60,378 nt of DNA from an uncultured Bosea sp. (GCA_964508635.1 CAZDUL010000146.1:1-60378), one strand, 5' to 3'; shown: positions 1 to 10,172, counted from the first letter of the stretch. Made by a program: numbers and translations. Notes: generated from the letters alone by a model not told the origin.

Positions 1-496
1 CCAGTGTGAGCGCCGGCCGGGCGCCCAGCCCATCGACCTGACGGCCGAGACCGCCATGCGCTGCGCCGGGGGCGGGAGTCGCCTGTTCAAGGGCGCGCGC
101 CGGCGCCTTGCCATCGCGGGGCTCAATCCCCGCGCGGGAGAAGGCGGCACGGTGGGCGCGGAGCGCGCGGGGGTCGTGCGTGCGCCTGTGGGGGCGCCCA
201 GGGCGATGGGCATCGATGGGCGCGGCCCCCTGCCCGCCGATACGATGTTCCATGCGCGAGCGCGCGCCGGCTATGACGTCGCCATCACGATGTATCACGA
301 TCAGGGGTTGATCCCGGCCAAGACGCTGGCCTTCGACGAGGGGGTGAACGTGACGCTGGGCCTGCCCTTCATCCGTACATCGCCGGATCATGGCACGGCC
401 TTCGATATCGCAGGCCAGGGTGGGGCGCGCCCGGACAGCCTGCTTGCGGCGCTGAAGCTGGCGCGCCGGCTGGCGGATCAGGCCTCATGGCCGTGA
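1..496 (+). CDS. pdxA: 4-hydroxythreonine-4-phosphate dehydrogenase, 5'-partial; the first ~200 nt look low quality
   Basis: C-terminal PdxA motifs [43 protein letters not shown]. Its stop overlaps the rsmA start region (GTGATG at 493-498). Confidence 0.9.
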   Translation, partial: QCERRPGAQPIDLTAETAMRCAGGGSRLFKGARRRLAIAGLNPRAGEGGTVGAERAGVVRAPVGAPRAMGIDGRGPLPADTMFHARARAGYDVAITMYHDQGLIPAKTLAFDEGVNVTLGLPFIRTSPDHGTAFDIAGQGGARPDSLLAALKLARRLADQASWP

Positions 497-1353
497 TGCC
501 GGATGGGCTGCCGCCGCTGCGCGATGTCGTGCGCGCCCACGGCCTGATCGCGCAGCGCGCGCTTGGCCAGAACTTTCTGTTCGATCTCAACCTGACGCGT
601 CGCATCGCGCGCGCCTCCGGCCGGCTGGAGCAGGCCGTGGTGATCGAGGTGGGCCCGGGCCCGGGCGCGTTGACGCGAGCGCTGCTGATCGAGGGCGCCG
701 GCCATGTCATTGCCATCGAACGCGACCAGCGCTGCCTGCCGGCGCTGGCGGAGATCGCGGCGCGATGGCCAGGCCGTCTGACCGTCGTCCACGGTGACGC
801 GCTCGCCTTCGATGCCCCCGCGGCGCTCGGCCCCTTCGCCGGGGCGCTGAAGCCGCGCGTGGTCGCCAACCTGCCCTACAATGTCGGCACTGCGCTGCTC
901 ACCGGTTGGCTGACACAGGAGCGCTGGCCGCCATGGTTCGACAGCCTGACGCTGATGTTCCAGCGGGAGGTGGCCGAGCGCATCGTGGCCGATGAGCGCG
1001 ACCCGGCGAACTACGGCCGCCTCGGCGTGCTCTGCGGCTGGCGATCCACGAACCGAATCCTGTTCGATGTGCCGCCGGCGGCGTTCACGCCACCGCCCAA
1101 GGTGATGTCCTCCGTGGTGCATCTCGTGCCGAATCCCCAGCCCGAGCCGTGCGACCTGAAGCAACTGGAGCGGGTCACGTCCGCTGCATTCGGCCAGCGC
1201 CGCAAGATGTTGCGCCAGTCGCTGAAAGGGCTCGGCGCCGACGTCGCCGGGCTGATCGCCGCTGCCGGCCTCGACCCGACGCAGCGGGCCGAGACAGTGC
1301 CGGTCTCCGGTTTCGTTGGTCTCGCGCGGGCGCTGACGGCCTTGCAACGCTGA
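487..1353 (+). CDS. rsmA: 16S rRNA m6,6A dimethyltransferase KsgA/RsmA
   Basis: [45 protein letters not shown]; follows pdxA. Confidence 0.97.
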   Translation: MAVMPDGLPPLRDVVRAHGLIAQRALGQNFLFDLNLTRRIARASGRLEQAVVIEVGPGPGALTRALLIEGAGHVIAIERDQRCLPALAEIAARWPGRLTVVHGDALAFDAPAALGPFAGALKPRVVANLPYNVGTALLTGWLTQERWPPWFDSLTLMFQREVAERIVADERDPANYGRLGVLCGWRSTNRILFDVPPAAFTPPPKVMSSVVHLVPNPQPEPCDLKQLERVTSAAFGQRRKMLRQSLKGLGADVAGLIAAAGLDPTQRAETVPVSGFVGLARALTALQR

Positions 1354-1367
1354 AAGGCGCCTTGCGG

Positions 1368-2249
1368 TCACTCGACGTTCTGCGCCTGCTCACGCAGCTG
1401 ATCGACCACGGTGCGCAGTTCCAGCCCCAGCTGCGACAGCTCCACATGGCCGGCCTTCGCGCACAGCGTGCTGGCTTCGCGCCCGAACTCCTGCGCCAGG
1501 AAGTCGAGCTTGCGCCCAATGGCGCCGCCCTGCGCCAGAAGCGCGCGGGCACTGGAGACATGGGCGGACAGGCGGTCCAGCTCCTCGCGCACATCGGCGC
1601 GCGTCGCCAGAAGGACCGCCTCCTGATGCAACCTTGCCGGGTCGAGCGCGCCCGGGGTCTCCAGCAGCGCCTGAACCTGCTCGGCCAGCCGCGCCCGGAT
1701 GGCATCGACAGAGCGCCGGGGATGGTCGTTGATCGCAGCCGTCAGCGCATCGATGCGATCGATCTGCGCAGACAGCACCCCCGCCAGCGACGCGCCCTCG
1801 CAGCGGCGCGCGCTGCGCCAGGCCTCGACAGCAGCGGGCAGAGCCGCACGCATGGCGGCCTCCGTTTCAGGCGAAAGGCCGTTCTCCGCGTCGTCGACCT
1901 CGATCACGCCACGAATCGCCAGCAGCGCCTCGAAGGATGGCGGCGCGACGCCGAGCCTGTCGGCAACCAGCCTGGACTGCCCGACCAGCTCGGCCAGCAA
2001 GGCCTCGTTGATCCTGGCAGACCCACGCCGTGTCTCCGCCCGCGCCACGCTGAGCGTCACGTTCACCGTGCCGCGCACGGCAGCCGCCGTGACCGCCTTG
2101 CGCGCCTCCTCGCCCAGGGCGTCGAGCCCCGGTGGCGTCCGCAGGCGCACATCGAGCCCGCGCCCGTTCACCGACTTGATTTCCCACGCGAAGCTGACAT
2201 CTCCGCTGTTCCTCGCCTCGCGGGCGAAGCCGGTCATGCTGACAATCAT
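1368..2249 (-). CDS. yicC: YicC/YloC family endoribonuclease
   Basis: Starts MIVSMTGFA (ATG 2249); EIKSVNGRGLD, DVREELDRL, GRKLDFLAQEFGREASTLCAK, C-terminal LREQAQNVE. Confidence 0.93.
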   Translation of the reverse strand: MIVSMTGFAREARNSGDVSFAWEIKSVNGRGLDVRLRTPPGLDALGEEARKAVTAAAVRGTVNVTLSVARAETRRGSARINEALLAELVGQSRLVADRLGVAPPSFEALLAIRGVIEVDDAENGLSPETEAAMRAALPAAVEAWRSARRCEGASLAGVLSAQIDRIDALTAAINDHPRRSVDAIRARLAEQVQALLETPGALDPARLHQEAVLLATRADVREELDRLSAHVSSARALLAQGGAIGRKLDFLAQEFGREASTLCAKAGHVELSQLGLELRTVVDQLREQAQNVE

Positions 2250-2344
2250 GGATGGGCTCCATCGGGAGAGCAGGCACGGGAGAAAGGCCTGATGTGCAAG
2301 GCCGAAGCTGGAAGGACACCCCTGCCGCAGATCCGCCCGCGCAA

Positions 2345-3832
2345 TCAGGGCCTGATCTGCGGGACGATCTTCGGCGAGTTCAGATCGAAGGTTCGATTGA
2401 GCAGCGGATCGCGCGCCGTGCCTTCTGAAGCATCGACACTGCGGCCCCGCGCGCCCGCCGTCGTATGGGGCCGGTTGGCCTGCGACTGGGTCGCTGTGGG
2501 GCGGCGCTGGCCGGGTCCCGGCCAGGTTTCGATGTCGGCCGGCTGGCCGGGATCCGTGAAGCTGGCGGCACGCGGCTCGCCGTCGGGAAGGTCGGTGCGC
2601 CGCTCCGGCTGGCCCGGCGCCGGCGTGCCTGCAGGCGCTGCTGGCGCAGCGGGCGGAGCAAGGGGCGCAGGCTCCACACGATCGATGGTTGCTTCCGCCG
2701 TCGGGCGCGACGGATCGCGCCGCGAGGCCTCGATCTGGCGCCAGCGCGCGACGTTGCGATTGTGCTGCTCCAGCGTCTCGGCAAACGCGTGCCCGCCAGT
2801 GCCGTCGGCCACGAAGAACAGATCGCGCGTGCGCGAGGGATTGGCGACCGCCTCCATGGCGGCGCGGCCGGGATTGGCGATCGGCCCCGGCGGCAGACCG
2901 TCGATCACATAGGTGTTGAACGGCGTCGGCTGCGTGATCTCGGAACGCATGATGCCGCGCCCAAGCGTGCCCTTTCCGCCCACGAGACCATAAACGATCG
3001 TAGGGTCGCTCTGGAGCTTCATCCGGCGATTGAGCCGGTTCACGAACACGCCGGCGACGCGCGGGCGTTCGTCGGCGCGGCCGGTCTCCTTCTCGACGAT
3101 GGAGGCGAGCGTCACAAGCTCCTGCGGCGTCCGCAGCGGCAGATCCGGCACGCGACGCGCCCAGATGCGGTTGAGCTCCTCGCGCTGCTTCTCCGCCATC
3201 AGCGACAGCAGGCGCTGGCGGGTCGTGCCGCGCTCGACGCGGTAGGTGTCGGGCAACAGGGAGCCCTCGCGCGGGATCTGGGTGATCTCGCCCGTGAGGA
3301 GATCGTTTTCCTTCAGGCGCGCGACGATCTGCTCGCTCGTCAGCCCTTCGGGAATGGTGATCGAGTGCAGCACCGGGCGGCCGCTGGTCAGCACGTCGAG
3401 CGCTTCGCGGGGGCTGATGTTTGCCTTGAACAGATACTCGCCGGCCCGCAGGTTGGCCCACGCACCGCTGACATAGCCGGCGATGCGGAAGATCGTGCTG
3501 TTCTGGATCACGCCTTCGCGCTGGAGTTGCTCGGCGATCTCCGGCAGGCCGCTGCCCTGCGGGATGATGATTGCCCGATCGACGGCCAGCGGCCCGGGCT
3601 CGGCCGCCTGCCGCGTCACGACGATGGCGGCGCCGCCGATCACGACAGCCAGCACCAGCCCGATGGTAAAGAATGCGCTGAGCAGGCCCACAAGCCCGCC
3701 GCGCCGCCGGCGCGTTCGTTTCGGCGGCGGCGGCGGTGGCGCGGAAGCCTTCAATGCTTCCGACGGACTGCGCGGAGCGACGCGCTGCGCATCATGTCCA
3801 GGCGGACGCGGCGAGGTGGCGTTGTCGCTCAT
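2345..3832 (-). CDS. mltG: Endolytic transglycosylase MltG (YceG family) with long C-terminal extension
   Basis: N-terminal TM helix; TIPEG, EGSLLPDTY, LASIVEKET, LQSDPT, NTYVIDGLPPGPIANPG, FFVADGTGGH; sits downstream of fabF. Confidence 0.95.
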   Translation of the reverse strand: MSDNATSPRPPGHDAQRVAPRSPSEALKASAPPPPPPKRTRRRRGGLVGLLSAFFTIGLVLAVVIGGAAIVVTRQAAEPGPLAVDRAIIIPQGSGLPEIAEQLQREGVIQNSTIFRIAGYVSGAWANLRAGEYLFKANISPREALDVLTSGRPVLHSITIPEGLTSEQIVARLKENDLLTGEITQIPREGSLLPDTYRVERGTTRQRLLSLMAEKQREELNRIWARRVPDLPLRTPQELVTLASIVEKETGRADERPRVAGVFVNRLNRRMKLQSDPTIVYGLVGGKGTLGRGIMRSEITQPTPFNTYVIDGLPPGPIANPGRAAMEAVANPSRTRDLFFVADGTGGHAFAETLEQHNRNVARWRQIEASRRDPSRPTAEATIDRVEPAPLAPPAAPAAPAGTPAPGQPERRTDLPDGEPRAASFTDPGQPADIETWPGPGQRRPTATQSQANRPHTTAGARGRSVDASEGTARDPLLNRTFDLNSPKIVPQIRP

Positions 3833-3967
3833 TGCAGGATCGGCTCCGGATGAAGTTCGAGAAGGCGCCGGGCTTCATTCAGCGCCAGACATCCCTCTGT
3901 GCCAATGCAATGTGGCCTAAAACGGCCCGAAACGCATCTGGCCCGACAGGCATTGGCGCCAACCGGC

Positions 3968-5233
3968 TCAGGCGGCGTAGCGGCGAAACACCAGCGACGC
4001 GTTCGTCCCGCCGAACCCGAACGAATTGGACAGGGCCACCTCGATCACGCGCTTGCGCGGCACGTGCGGCACGAGGTCGATCGCCGTGGTCACGGAAGGA
4101 TCATCGAGGTTCAGCGTCGGCGGTGCGATCTGATCGCGAATGGCCAGAATCGAGAAGATGGCCTCGACCGCGCCTGCCGCGCCGAGAAGGTGCCCGATGG
4201 CGGACTTGGTGGAGGACATCGAAACATGGGCCGCATGATTGCCCAGAAGCCGCTCGATCGCCTTCAGCTCGATCTCGTCGCCCAGCGGCGTCGAGGTGCC
4301 GTGCGCATTGATGTAGTCGATCGCCGAGGGCTCGATCCCGGCGCGCTTGAGGGCAGCCTTCATGCAGCGATAGGCGCCGTCACCGTCCTCCGAGGGCGAC
4401 GTGATGTGGTAGGCATCACCCGACAAGCCGTAACCGATCACTTCGGCATAGATGTGCGCACCGCGCGCCAGCGCATGTTCCAGCGCCTCGATCACGACGA
4501 CGCCGGCCCCCTCGCCCATGACGAAGCCGTCGCGGCCCTTGTCATAGGGGCGCGATGCCTTCTCGGGCGTGTCGTTGTAGGACGTCGAGAGGGCGCGGCA
4601 GGCACAGAAACCGGCGATCCCGAGCCGATTCACCGCCGACTCTGCGCCACCGGCCAGCATCACGTCGGCGTCACCGAGCGCGATCATGCGGGCGGCGTCG
4701 CCGATTGCGTGTGCGCCGGTCGAACAGGCCGTGACCACGGCGTGATTCGGCCCCTTGAGGCCATGCTCGATCGAGACATAGCCGGCGGCCAGGTTGGCGA
4801 GCCGGCCGGGGATGAAGAACGGCGACAGACGGCGCAGACCCTTTTCCTTCAGGGTCAGCGAGCCCTCATAGATCCCGCCGATGCCGCCGATACCCGAGCC
4901 GATCATCACGCCGGTAGCGATCTGCTCGTCGTAGGTCTTCGGCTTCCAGCCCGCATCGTCCAGCGCCTGCTTCGCCGCCGCCATCGCATAGACGATGAAG
5001 TCGTCGACCTTGCGCTGCTCCTTCGGCTCCATCCACTGGTCCGGGTTGAAGGTGCCGCCGCTGCCGTCGCCCCGCTGCGGGTAGCAGGCGATCTGGCAGG
5101 GAAAGTCCGAAGCGTCGAAATGGGTGATCCGAGCGGCTGCGCTGCGACCGTCGAGGAGACGCGACCACGTCTCCTCCACGCCGGTCGCAAGCGGCGACAC
5201 CATGCCAAGGCCGGTCACAACGACGCGCCGCAT
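3968..5233 (-). CDS. fabF: Beta-ketoacyl-ACP synthase II
   Basis: MRRVVVTGLG; catalytic TACSTG, NAHGTST, KSAIGHLLGAAG; SNSFGFGGTN. Confidence 0.97.
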   Translation of the reverse strand: MRRVVVTGLGMVSPLATGVEETWSRLLDGRSAAARITHFDASDFPCQIACYPQRGDGSGGTFNPDQWMEPKEQRKVDDFIVYAMAAAKQALDDAGWKPKTYDEQIATGVMIGSGIGGIGGIYEGSLTLKEKGLRRLSPFFIPGRLANLAAGYVSIEHGLKGPNHAVVTACSTGAHAIGDAARMIALGDADVMLAGGAESAVNRLGIAGFCACRALSTSYNDTPEKASRPYDKGRDGFVMGEGAGVVVIEALEHALARGAHIYAEVIGYGLSGDAYHITSPSEDGDGAYRCMKAALKRAGIEPSAIDYINAHGTSTPLGDEIELKAIERLLGNHAAHVSMSSTKSAIGHLLGAAGAVEAIFSILAIRDQIAPPTLNLDDPSVTTAIDLVPHVPRKRVIEVALSNSFGFGGTNASLVFRRYAA

Positions 5234-5300
5234 CGCCTACCCTTTACCAACGCTGGGAACGAAAGATGACGACCGGGATCGGCCAAGGCACCGCGGTGGA

Positions 5301-5540
5301 TCAGGCAGCCGCGTTCTTCTCGAGGAACTTGATGGCGTCGCCCACGGTGACGATCGTCTCGGCGGCGTCGTCGGGGATCTCGACGTTGAATTCTTCCTCG
5401 AACGCCATCACCAACTCGACCGTGTCGAGCGAGTCCGCGCCCAGATCGTCGATGAAGTTCGCACCTTCGACGACCTTGTCGGCCTCGACCCCCAGATGCT
5501 CAACGACGATCTTCTTCACCCGCTCAGCGATATCGGCCAT
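5301..5540 (-). CDS. acpP: Acyl carrier protein
   Basis: [20 protein letters not shown] phosphopantetheine site; GAGGA RBS 7 nt upstream of ATG 5540. Confidence 0.97.
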   Translation of the reverse strand: MADIAERVKKIVVEHLGVEADKVVEGANFIDDLGADSLDTVELVMAFEEEFNVEIPDDAAETIVTVGDAIKFLEKNAAA

Positions 5541-5838
5541 GGACACGTCCTCTTCTCAAGCCGTTGGAGGGTTGCGGCCCATGGGCCGGCCCTGTCGTTC
5601 ATGAAACCTGGCTTCGGCAGACCCGGTGGAGTTCTGGAAAGGCCCCCCGCGCGCCGAAGGTTGCTCGACGGCGCGACAAACCCAAGCACATCGCCCGCGT
5701 CAAGCCCCCCGTTGCCCCGCCCGATCGAAGACCGCAGCGCAGCGCGAGCGCTTTAGCATGCCGCTTGCCCCGTGGCGAGACGGCGCCAGCGGCACCGGGA
5801 CAGGCTGGAGCCGGGACGGGAACAGACCCATAAGCTCC

Positions 5839-6576
5839 TCAGATCATGGCCATTCCGCCGTTCACATGCAGTGTCTGGCCGGTGATGTAGCCAGCTTCCG
5901 GGCTGGCGAGGAACACCACCGCCGCGGCCACCTCCGAACCCCGGCCGAGCCGGCCCATCGGCACTGTGGACAGGATGGCTTCGGTCTGCTTGTCGTTCAG
6001 GGCGGCCGTCATCGGCGACTCGATGAAGCCGGGCGACACCACGTTCACCGTCACGTTGCGGCTGGCAAGCTCGGCCGCGAGCGCTTTCGACAATCCGATC
6101 AGCCCTGCCTTCGAGGCGGCGTAATTGCCCTGGCCGGGGTTGCCCGTGGTGCCCACCACCGAACCGATCGAGATGATGCGCCCCTGCCGGCGGCGCATCA
6201 TGCCCTTGGTTGCAGCGCGCATCAGACGGAACGAGGCGGTCAGGTTGACGGCCAGCACCTGCTCCCACTCCTCGTCCTTCATGCGCAGGAACAGGTTGTC
6301 CCGGGTGATGCCCGCATTGTTGACGAGAATGTCGAGTTGTCCGAGAGCGGCCTCGGCTGCCGGCACGAGCTTCTCGACATCGGCCGCGTCGGAGAGATTG
6401 CACGGAAGCGCGACCGCGTCGCCGCCAAGGTCCGCAACCAGCGCGTCCAGAATCGCCACGCGCGTGCCCGACACCGCGACGCGCGCGCCGGCAGCGGCGA
6501 GCGCACGGGCGATCTCGGTACCGATGCCGCCGGTGGCGCCGGTGACCAGCGCGGTCTTTCCTGCAAGAGAGAACAT
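5839..6576 (-). CDS. fabG: 3-oxoacyl-ACP reductase
   Basis: TGATGGIG, NNAGITRD, GQGNYAASKAG, GQTLHVNGGM; fabD-fabG-acpP context. Confidence 0.96.
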   Translation of the reverse strand: MFSLAGKTALVTGATGGIGTEIARALAAAGARVAVSGTRVAILDALVADLGGDAVALPCNLSDAADVEKLVPAAEAALGQLDILVNNAGITRDNLFLRMKDEEWEQVLAVNLTASFRLMRAATKGMMRRRQGRIISIGSVVGTTGNPGQGNYAASKAGLIGLSKALAAELASRNVTVNVVSPGFIESPMTAALNDKQTEAILSTVPMGRLGRGSEVAAAVVFLASPEAGYITGQTLHVNGGMAMI

Positions 6577-6614
6577 GAGCGAGCAATCCTTCGGTCAGTC
6601 TGCTGGATACGGCC

Positions 6615-7559
6615 TCATCCGCGCGAGGCGATGAAGGCGGCGATGTCATCAGGCGTGCCGATCGACGCCGTTGCGGCGTCCGGGGCGATCCGCCTGATCA
6701 GGCCGGCAAGCACCTTGCCGGCCCCGATCTCGATGAAACGGGTCACGCCGGCGGACGCCATGGCCTCTACCCCCTCGCGCCAGCGCACCGTGCCCGTGAC
6801 CTGAGCCACGAGACTGTCGCGGATGGCGGCAGGATCGGTCAGCGGCGTTGCGGTCACGTTGGAAAGCACGGGCACCGCAGGGGTTTCAATCGTCACGCTC
6901 GCCAGCGCGGCGCGCATCGCCTGCGCCGCCGGCTGCATCAGGGAACAATGGAAGGGCGCGGACACCGGCAGCATCAGCGCGCGGCGAACGCCCCGTTCCC
7001 CGGCCAGCTTCACCGCGCGTTCGACCGCCGCCTTCGCCCCGGAGAGCACCACCTGCCCGCCGCCATTGTCGTTCGCCGCCTCGCAGACCTCTCCCTCGGC
7101 AGCGTCCTCCGCGATCGCGCGGGCCTTATCGAGATCGACGCCGATCAAGGCCGCCATGGCGCCGGCCCCGGGCGGCACAGCCGCCTGCATCGCGTTGCCG
7201 CGAATGCGCAAGAGCCGCGCCGCATCGGCAATGCTGAAGCTGCGGGCGGCTGCCAGCGCCGAATATTCTCCGAGCGAGTGGCCCGCCACGAACGCCGCCT
7301 CGCGCCCGATGTCGAAGCCCGCCTCGCTCTCGAGCACGCGGGCCACTGCGACGGACACGGCCATGAGCGCGGGCTGTGCGTTCGTGGTAAGGGTGAGCTC
7401 TTCGATCGGGCCTTGGAACATGAGCTCTGACAGCTTCTGCGACAGCGCCTCATCGACCTCGTCGAACACTGCGCGGGCCACGGGGAACGCCTCGGCCAGC
7501 GCCTTGCCCATCCCCACAACCTGGCTGCCCTGGCCGGGGCACACGAGCGCAAGCGACAT
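6615..7559 (-). CDS. fabD: Malonyl-CoA:ACP transacylase
   Basis: PGQGSQ, AGHSLGEY, VSAPFHC, VRW. Start taken at ATG 7559 (AAGGA upstream); ATG 7568 is an alternative. Confidence 0.96.
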   Translation of the reverse strand: MSLALVCPGQGSQVVGMGKALAEAFPVARAVFDEVDEALSQKLSELMFQGPIEELTLTTNAQPALMAVSVAVARVLESEAGFDIGREAAFVAGHSLGEYSALAAARSFSIADAARLLRIRGNAMQAAVPPGAGAMAALIGVDLDKARAIAEDAAEGEVCEAANDNGGGQVVLSGAKAAVERAVKLAGERGVRRALMLPVSAPFHCSLMQPAAQAMRAALASVTIETPAVPVLSNVTATPLTDPAAIRDSLVAQVTGTVRWREGVEAMASAGVTRFIEIGAGKVLAGLIRRIAPDAATASIGTPDDIAAFIASRG

Positions 7560-7691
7560 CCACGACATCCTTCTTTCACAACACGTGTCGCGGGGCTTGG
7601 CCCCGATCGGACCTCGCCGTCAAGGGGACGGCGCGGAGAGACGGCGCTTGCCGTGTCGCGCCCAAGCTCGCGCCGAATCATCCGTCAGGCG

Positions 7692-7788
7692 CGTCACCGG
7701 CGGCCCTTGACCCGCCGATCGCCGGCCGCTCGGGGCGGGCCGGGCCAAACCGGCCCGTGATGGCCGGGTCAAGGCACGAGCCATGACG
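7692..7788. repeat. Degenerate inverted REP-like doublet (CGTCA..CTTGACCCG..ATC type)
   Basis: 7692-7720 CGTCACCGGCGGCCCTTGACCCGCCGATC and 7759-7788 (reverse complement CGTCATGGCTCGTGCCTTGACCCGGCCATC) are imperfect inverted copies. A related copy lies at 57928-57957. Confidence 0.55.
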
Positions 7789-7843
7789 CGCGACGCTTGG
7801 CCGGCATCGGGTCTGGCTGCGGCACCCTGGAGCTCAAGAACGG

Positions 7844-8593
7844 TCATCGCCCCTCGGCGGCCAGCCTGTCGATGTACCGCCCCTCGAAATCGAACCGGCC
7901 GACATGGGCGATGCGCTCATGGGTCAAGCCGAAGACGCGCCCGCCGCACTGCTCGCGCCAGCGGCGGCAGAAGGACACGTCCTCCGACAGCATCCAGTTC
8001 TCGACCGGATCGAGCATGGGCTCGAAGAAACCATGCACCTGGGTCTGCCCGAGTGTGTCGCGTCCGTGGGCGGGCCGCCGCACCGGGGCTGCGCCGCGCT
8101 GCGCCATGGTCGCCAGCACGGTCCGGCGGATCAGGGTGATCCCCATGCCGATGGCCGCAAGCTCGCGAACGCCTTCTGAAACCGGGGCCGGCGGATCGGT
8201 CAGCGGCGCGATGAAGCTCAGGCCGAGCGCCGCCGCTTCGCCGAAGGGGGCACCGGCCGCGCCCGCAGCATGAACGGCCTTCAGGTCGATCCGCCGGCGC
8301 GGACAGATCGCGCCCACCACGTCGCGCTGGCTGCGCAACAGGGCCATCACCGTTTCGCCCTCGAACCCCATGTCGTCATCAATGAACAACAGGTGCGAGT
8401 AGTCCGGCCGTGCGAGGCAATAGCTGGCGATGCTGTTGCGGGCGCTGGCAATCTCGCTGCCATCCACATTGCACAGGTCATAGCCGATGCCGGCCTCGAT
8501 CAGGGTGCGGATCGTGCTGGTCAGGCTGAAGACCGTGGCCGTGAACATCTGAGCCCGCGTGGTCGGCAGGCCGATCAACAGCTTGATGGACAT
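7844..8593 (-). CDS. Hypothetical GT-A (GT2-like) glycosyltransferase-fold protein
   Basis: SEIASARN, SHLLFIDDDM (DxD), IGMGITLIRR, LSEDVSFCRRW, HVG motifs. Confidence 0.7.
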   Translation of the reverse strand: MSIKLLIGLPTTRAQMFTATVFSLTSTIRTLIEAGIGYDLCNVDGSEIASARNSIASYCLARPDYSHLLFIDDDMGFEGETVMALLRSQRDVVGAICPRRRIDLKAVHAAGAAGAPFGEAAALGLSFIAPLTDPPAPVSEGVRELAAIGMGITLIRRTVLATMAQRGAAPVRRPAHGRDTLGQTQVHGFFEPMLDPVENWMLSEDVSFCRRWREQCGGRVFGLTHERIAHVGRFDFEGRYIDRLAAEGR

Positions 8594-8699
8594 GCGGGCC
8601 TCGAACGGTGGTCGGCTTGCGTTCGACCTAGCCGGATCAGGGTGAAGGAAGCGTTGCGCCTGCGGCCCGTGCGCGGCGGCCCGTCGCGGGCAGCCACGC

Positions 8700-9455
8700 T
8701 CAACCGCGTGCCAGAAATGGCATCTTCGTGGCCATGAGGGTCATGAACTGGACGTTGGCGGAAAGCGGCAGGCTCGCCATGTGCAGTACGGCATCGGCGA
8801 CATGCTGCACGTCCATGGTCGGCTCGACCTTGATCGAGCCGTCGGCCTGCGGCACGCCCCTCGTCATCGGCATCGCCATTTCGGTGAGGGCGTTGCCGAT
8901 GTCGATCTGGCCGCAGGCGATATCGTATTTCCTGCCATCCAGGGCGGTCGCCTTGGTCAGCCCGGTGATGGCATGCTTGGTCGAGGTGTAGGCGGCGGAA
9001 TTCGGTCGCGGCGCGTGGGCCGAGACCGAACCGTTGTTGATGATCCGCCCGCCCATCGGTTCCTGCGCCTTCATGATCCGGAACGCGGCCTGCGTGCACA
9101 GGAACGGCGCCGTGAGGTTGGTATCGACCACAGCCTTCCAGTCCGCGAGCGCAACATCCTCGAGCAGGGCCGGCTTGTGGTTGATGCCGGCATTGTTGAA
9201 CAACAGGTCGAGCCGGCCGAAATGCGCCGTCACGGCGGCGAACAGCCCCTCGACGGCGGTCGCGTCGGTGATGTCGCAGGCATGGGCGAGCCCGGTCTGC
9301 GGCGTCGCGCCGCCGAGCCGAAGCGTTTCGTCGAGCGCTTCGGCGCGCCTCGCGGTGACCGCCACGCGCCAACCGGCCTTGAGCATCGTCACCGCAACCG
9401 CCCGTCCGATACCCGCGCTCGCCCCCGTGATCAGGGCCACCCTGCCATCCGCCAT
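8700..9455 (-). CDS. SDR family oxidoreductase
   Basis: [22 protein letters not shown] catalytic YxxxK; start MADGRVAL at 9455. Confidence 0.92.
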   Translation of the reverse strand: MADGRVALITGASAGIGRAVAVTMLKAGWRVAVTARRAEALDETLRLGGATPQTGLAHACDITDATAVEGLFAAVTAHFGRLDLLFNNAGINHKPALLEDVALADWKAVVDTNLTAPFLCTQAAFRIMKAQEPMGGRIINNGSVSAHAPRPNSAAYTSTKHAITGLTKATALDGRKYDIACGQIDIGNALTEMAMPMTRGVPQADGSIKVEPTMDVQHVADAVLHMASLPLSANVQFMTLMATKMPFLARG

Positions 9456-9623
9456 CCCTCTGTCCTTTCCCGAAGGGCCACAACGCAACCATAGCAGCCG
9501 GAGGGAGCAACAGGCGAGCGGCGCGCGTCAGACGGCCGGGCCTGCGCTTCGCGCATACTTCGACCGCTTCCCGAACACGGGCCCGCACCGGCGGCTGGTG
9601 CACAGCTCGCCATGGCGGACCAT

Positions 9624-9657
9624 CCATGGCAGCACGCCCACCACGGCAGCACGCCCA
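9624..9657. repeat. 17-bp tandem duplication
   Basis: CCATGGCAGCACGCCCA then CCACGGCAGCACGCCCA (16/17 identical) in the SDR/TRAP intergenic region. Confidence 0.8.
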
Positions 9658-10172
9658 TGTCTGGCAATCGCGGCAAGAGCCGCACCGTTCCAGGTGTTCA
9701 GCTTGCGGGCTTGTGAAGCCCCACGCTGTTTGCGGAAAGCTGCTGCATTCAGCCCTCGAAACGGTGCAGAAAACTTGCCGCACCGCTTCGGCAAATGAAA
9801 ATCAATTCACCAAAAAAATGTTTTTGTTTCCATCAATATATTTCTTCATCATTCTGTATCATAATTGCCGGTTAAGCGGCATTAGGACGTTCATGGAAAT
9901 GCAATCTGGAAGGCATTTGTCATCCGGATCTCCACGTCTGTTTTCTTTTCGCGGGGTCGGGCCCGATCTGGGCTATCGACGACGAGGCTTGTACTGACCA
10001 TCGTGGCCACAGCGGCTCTCACGCCAAACACGCGCCCTTACCTCCCCCCGACGCCGGACCGCAAAGGCAGGCATTTTTTTGCGACCTGCATCTTGACGCA
10101 TGTGCGACATGCTTGAATTACATGGCGCGCATGCCCGCCTTTCATGGTGAGGAACACGGAGGAACACTGCCC

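Noticed and set aside
1-230. Apparently divergent PdxA, including NPHAGE changed to NPRAGE (a metal-ligand His)
   Set aside because: Substitutions, many towards G, cluster at the window start and fade by ~230. This fits low-quality contig-end sequence better than biology; raw reads would settle it.
10069-10082. Sigma54-like GGCA..TTGC upstream of dctP
   Set aside because: Spacing is GG-N9-GC instead of N10. It would fit only if the T7 run were miscalled.
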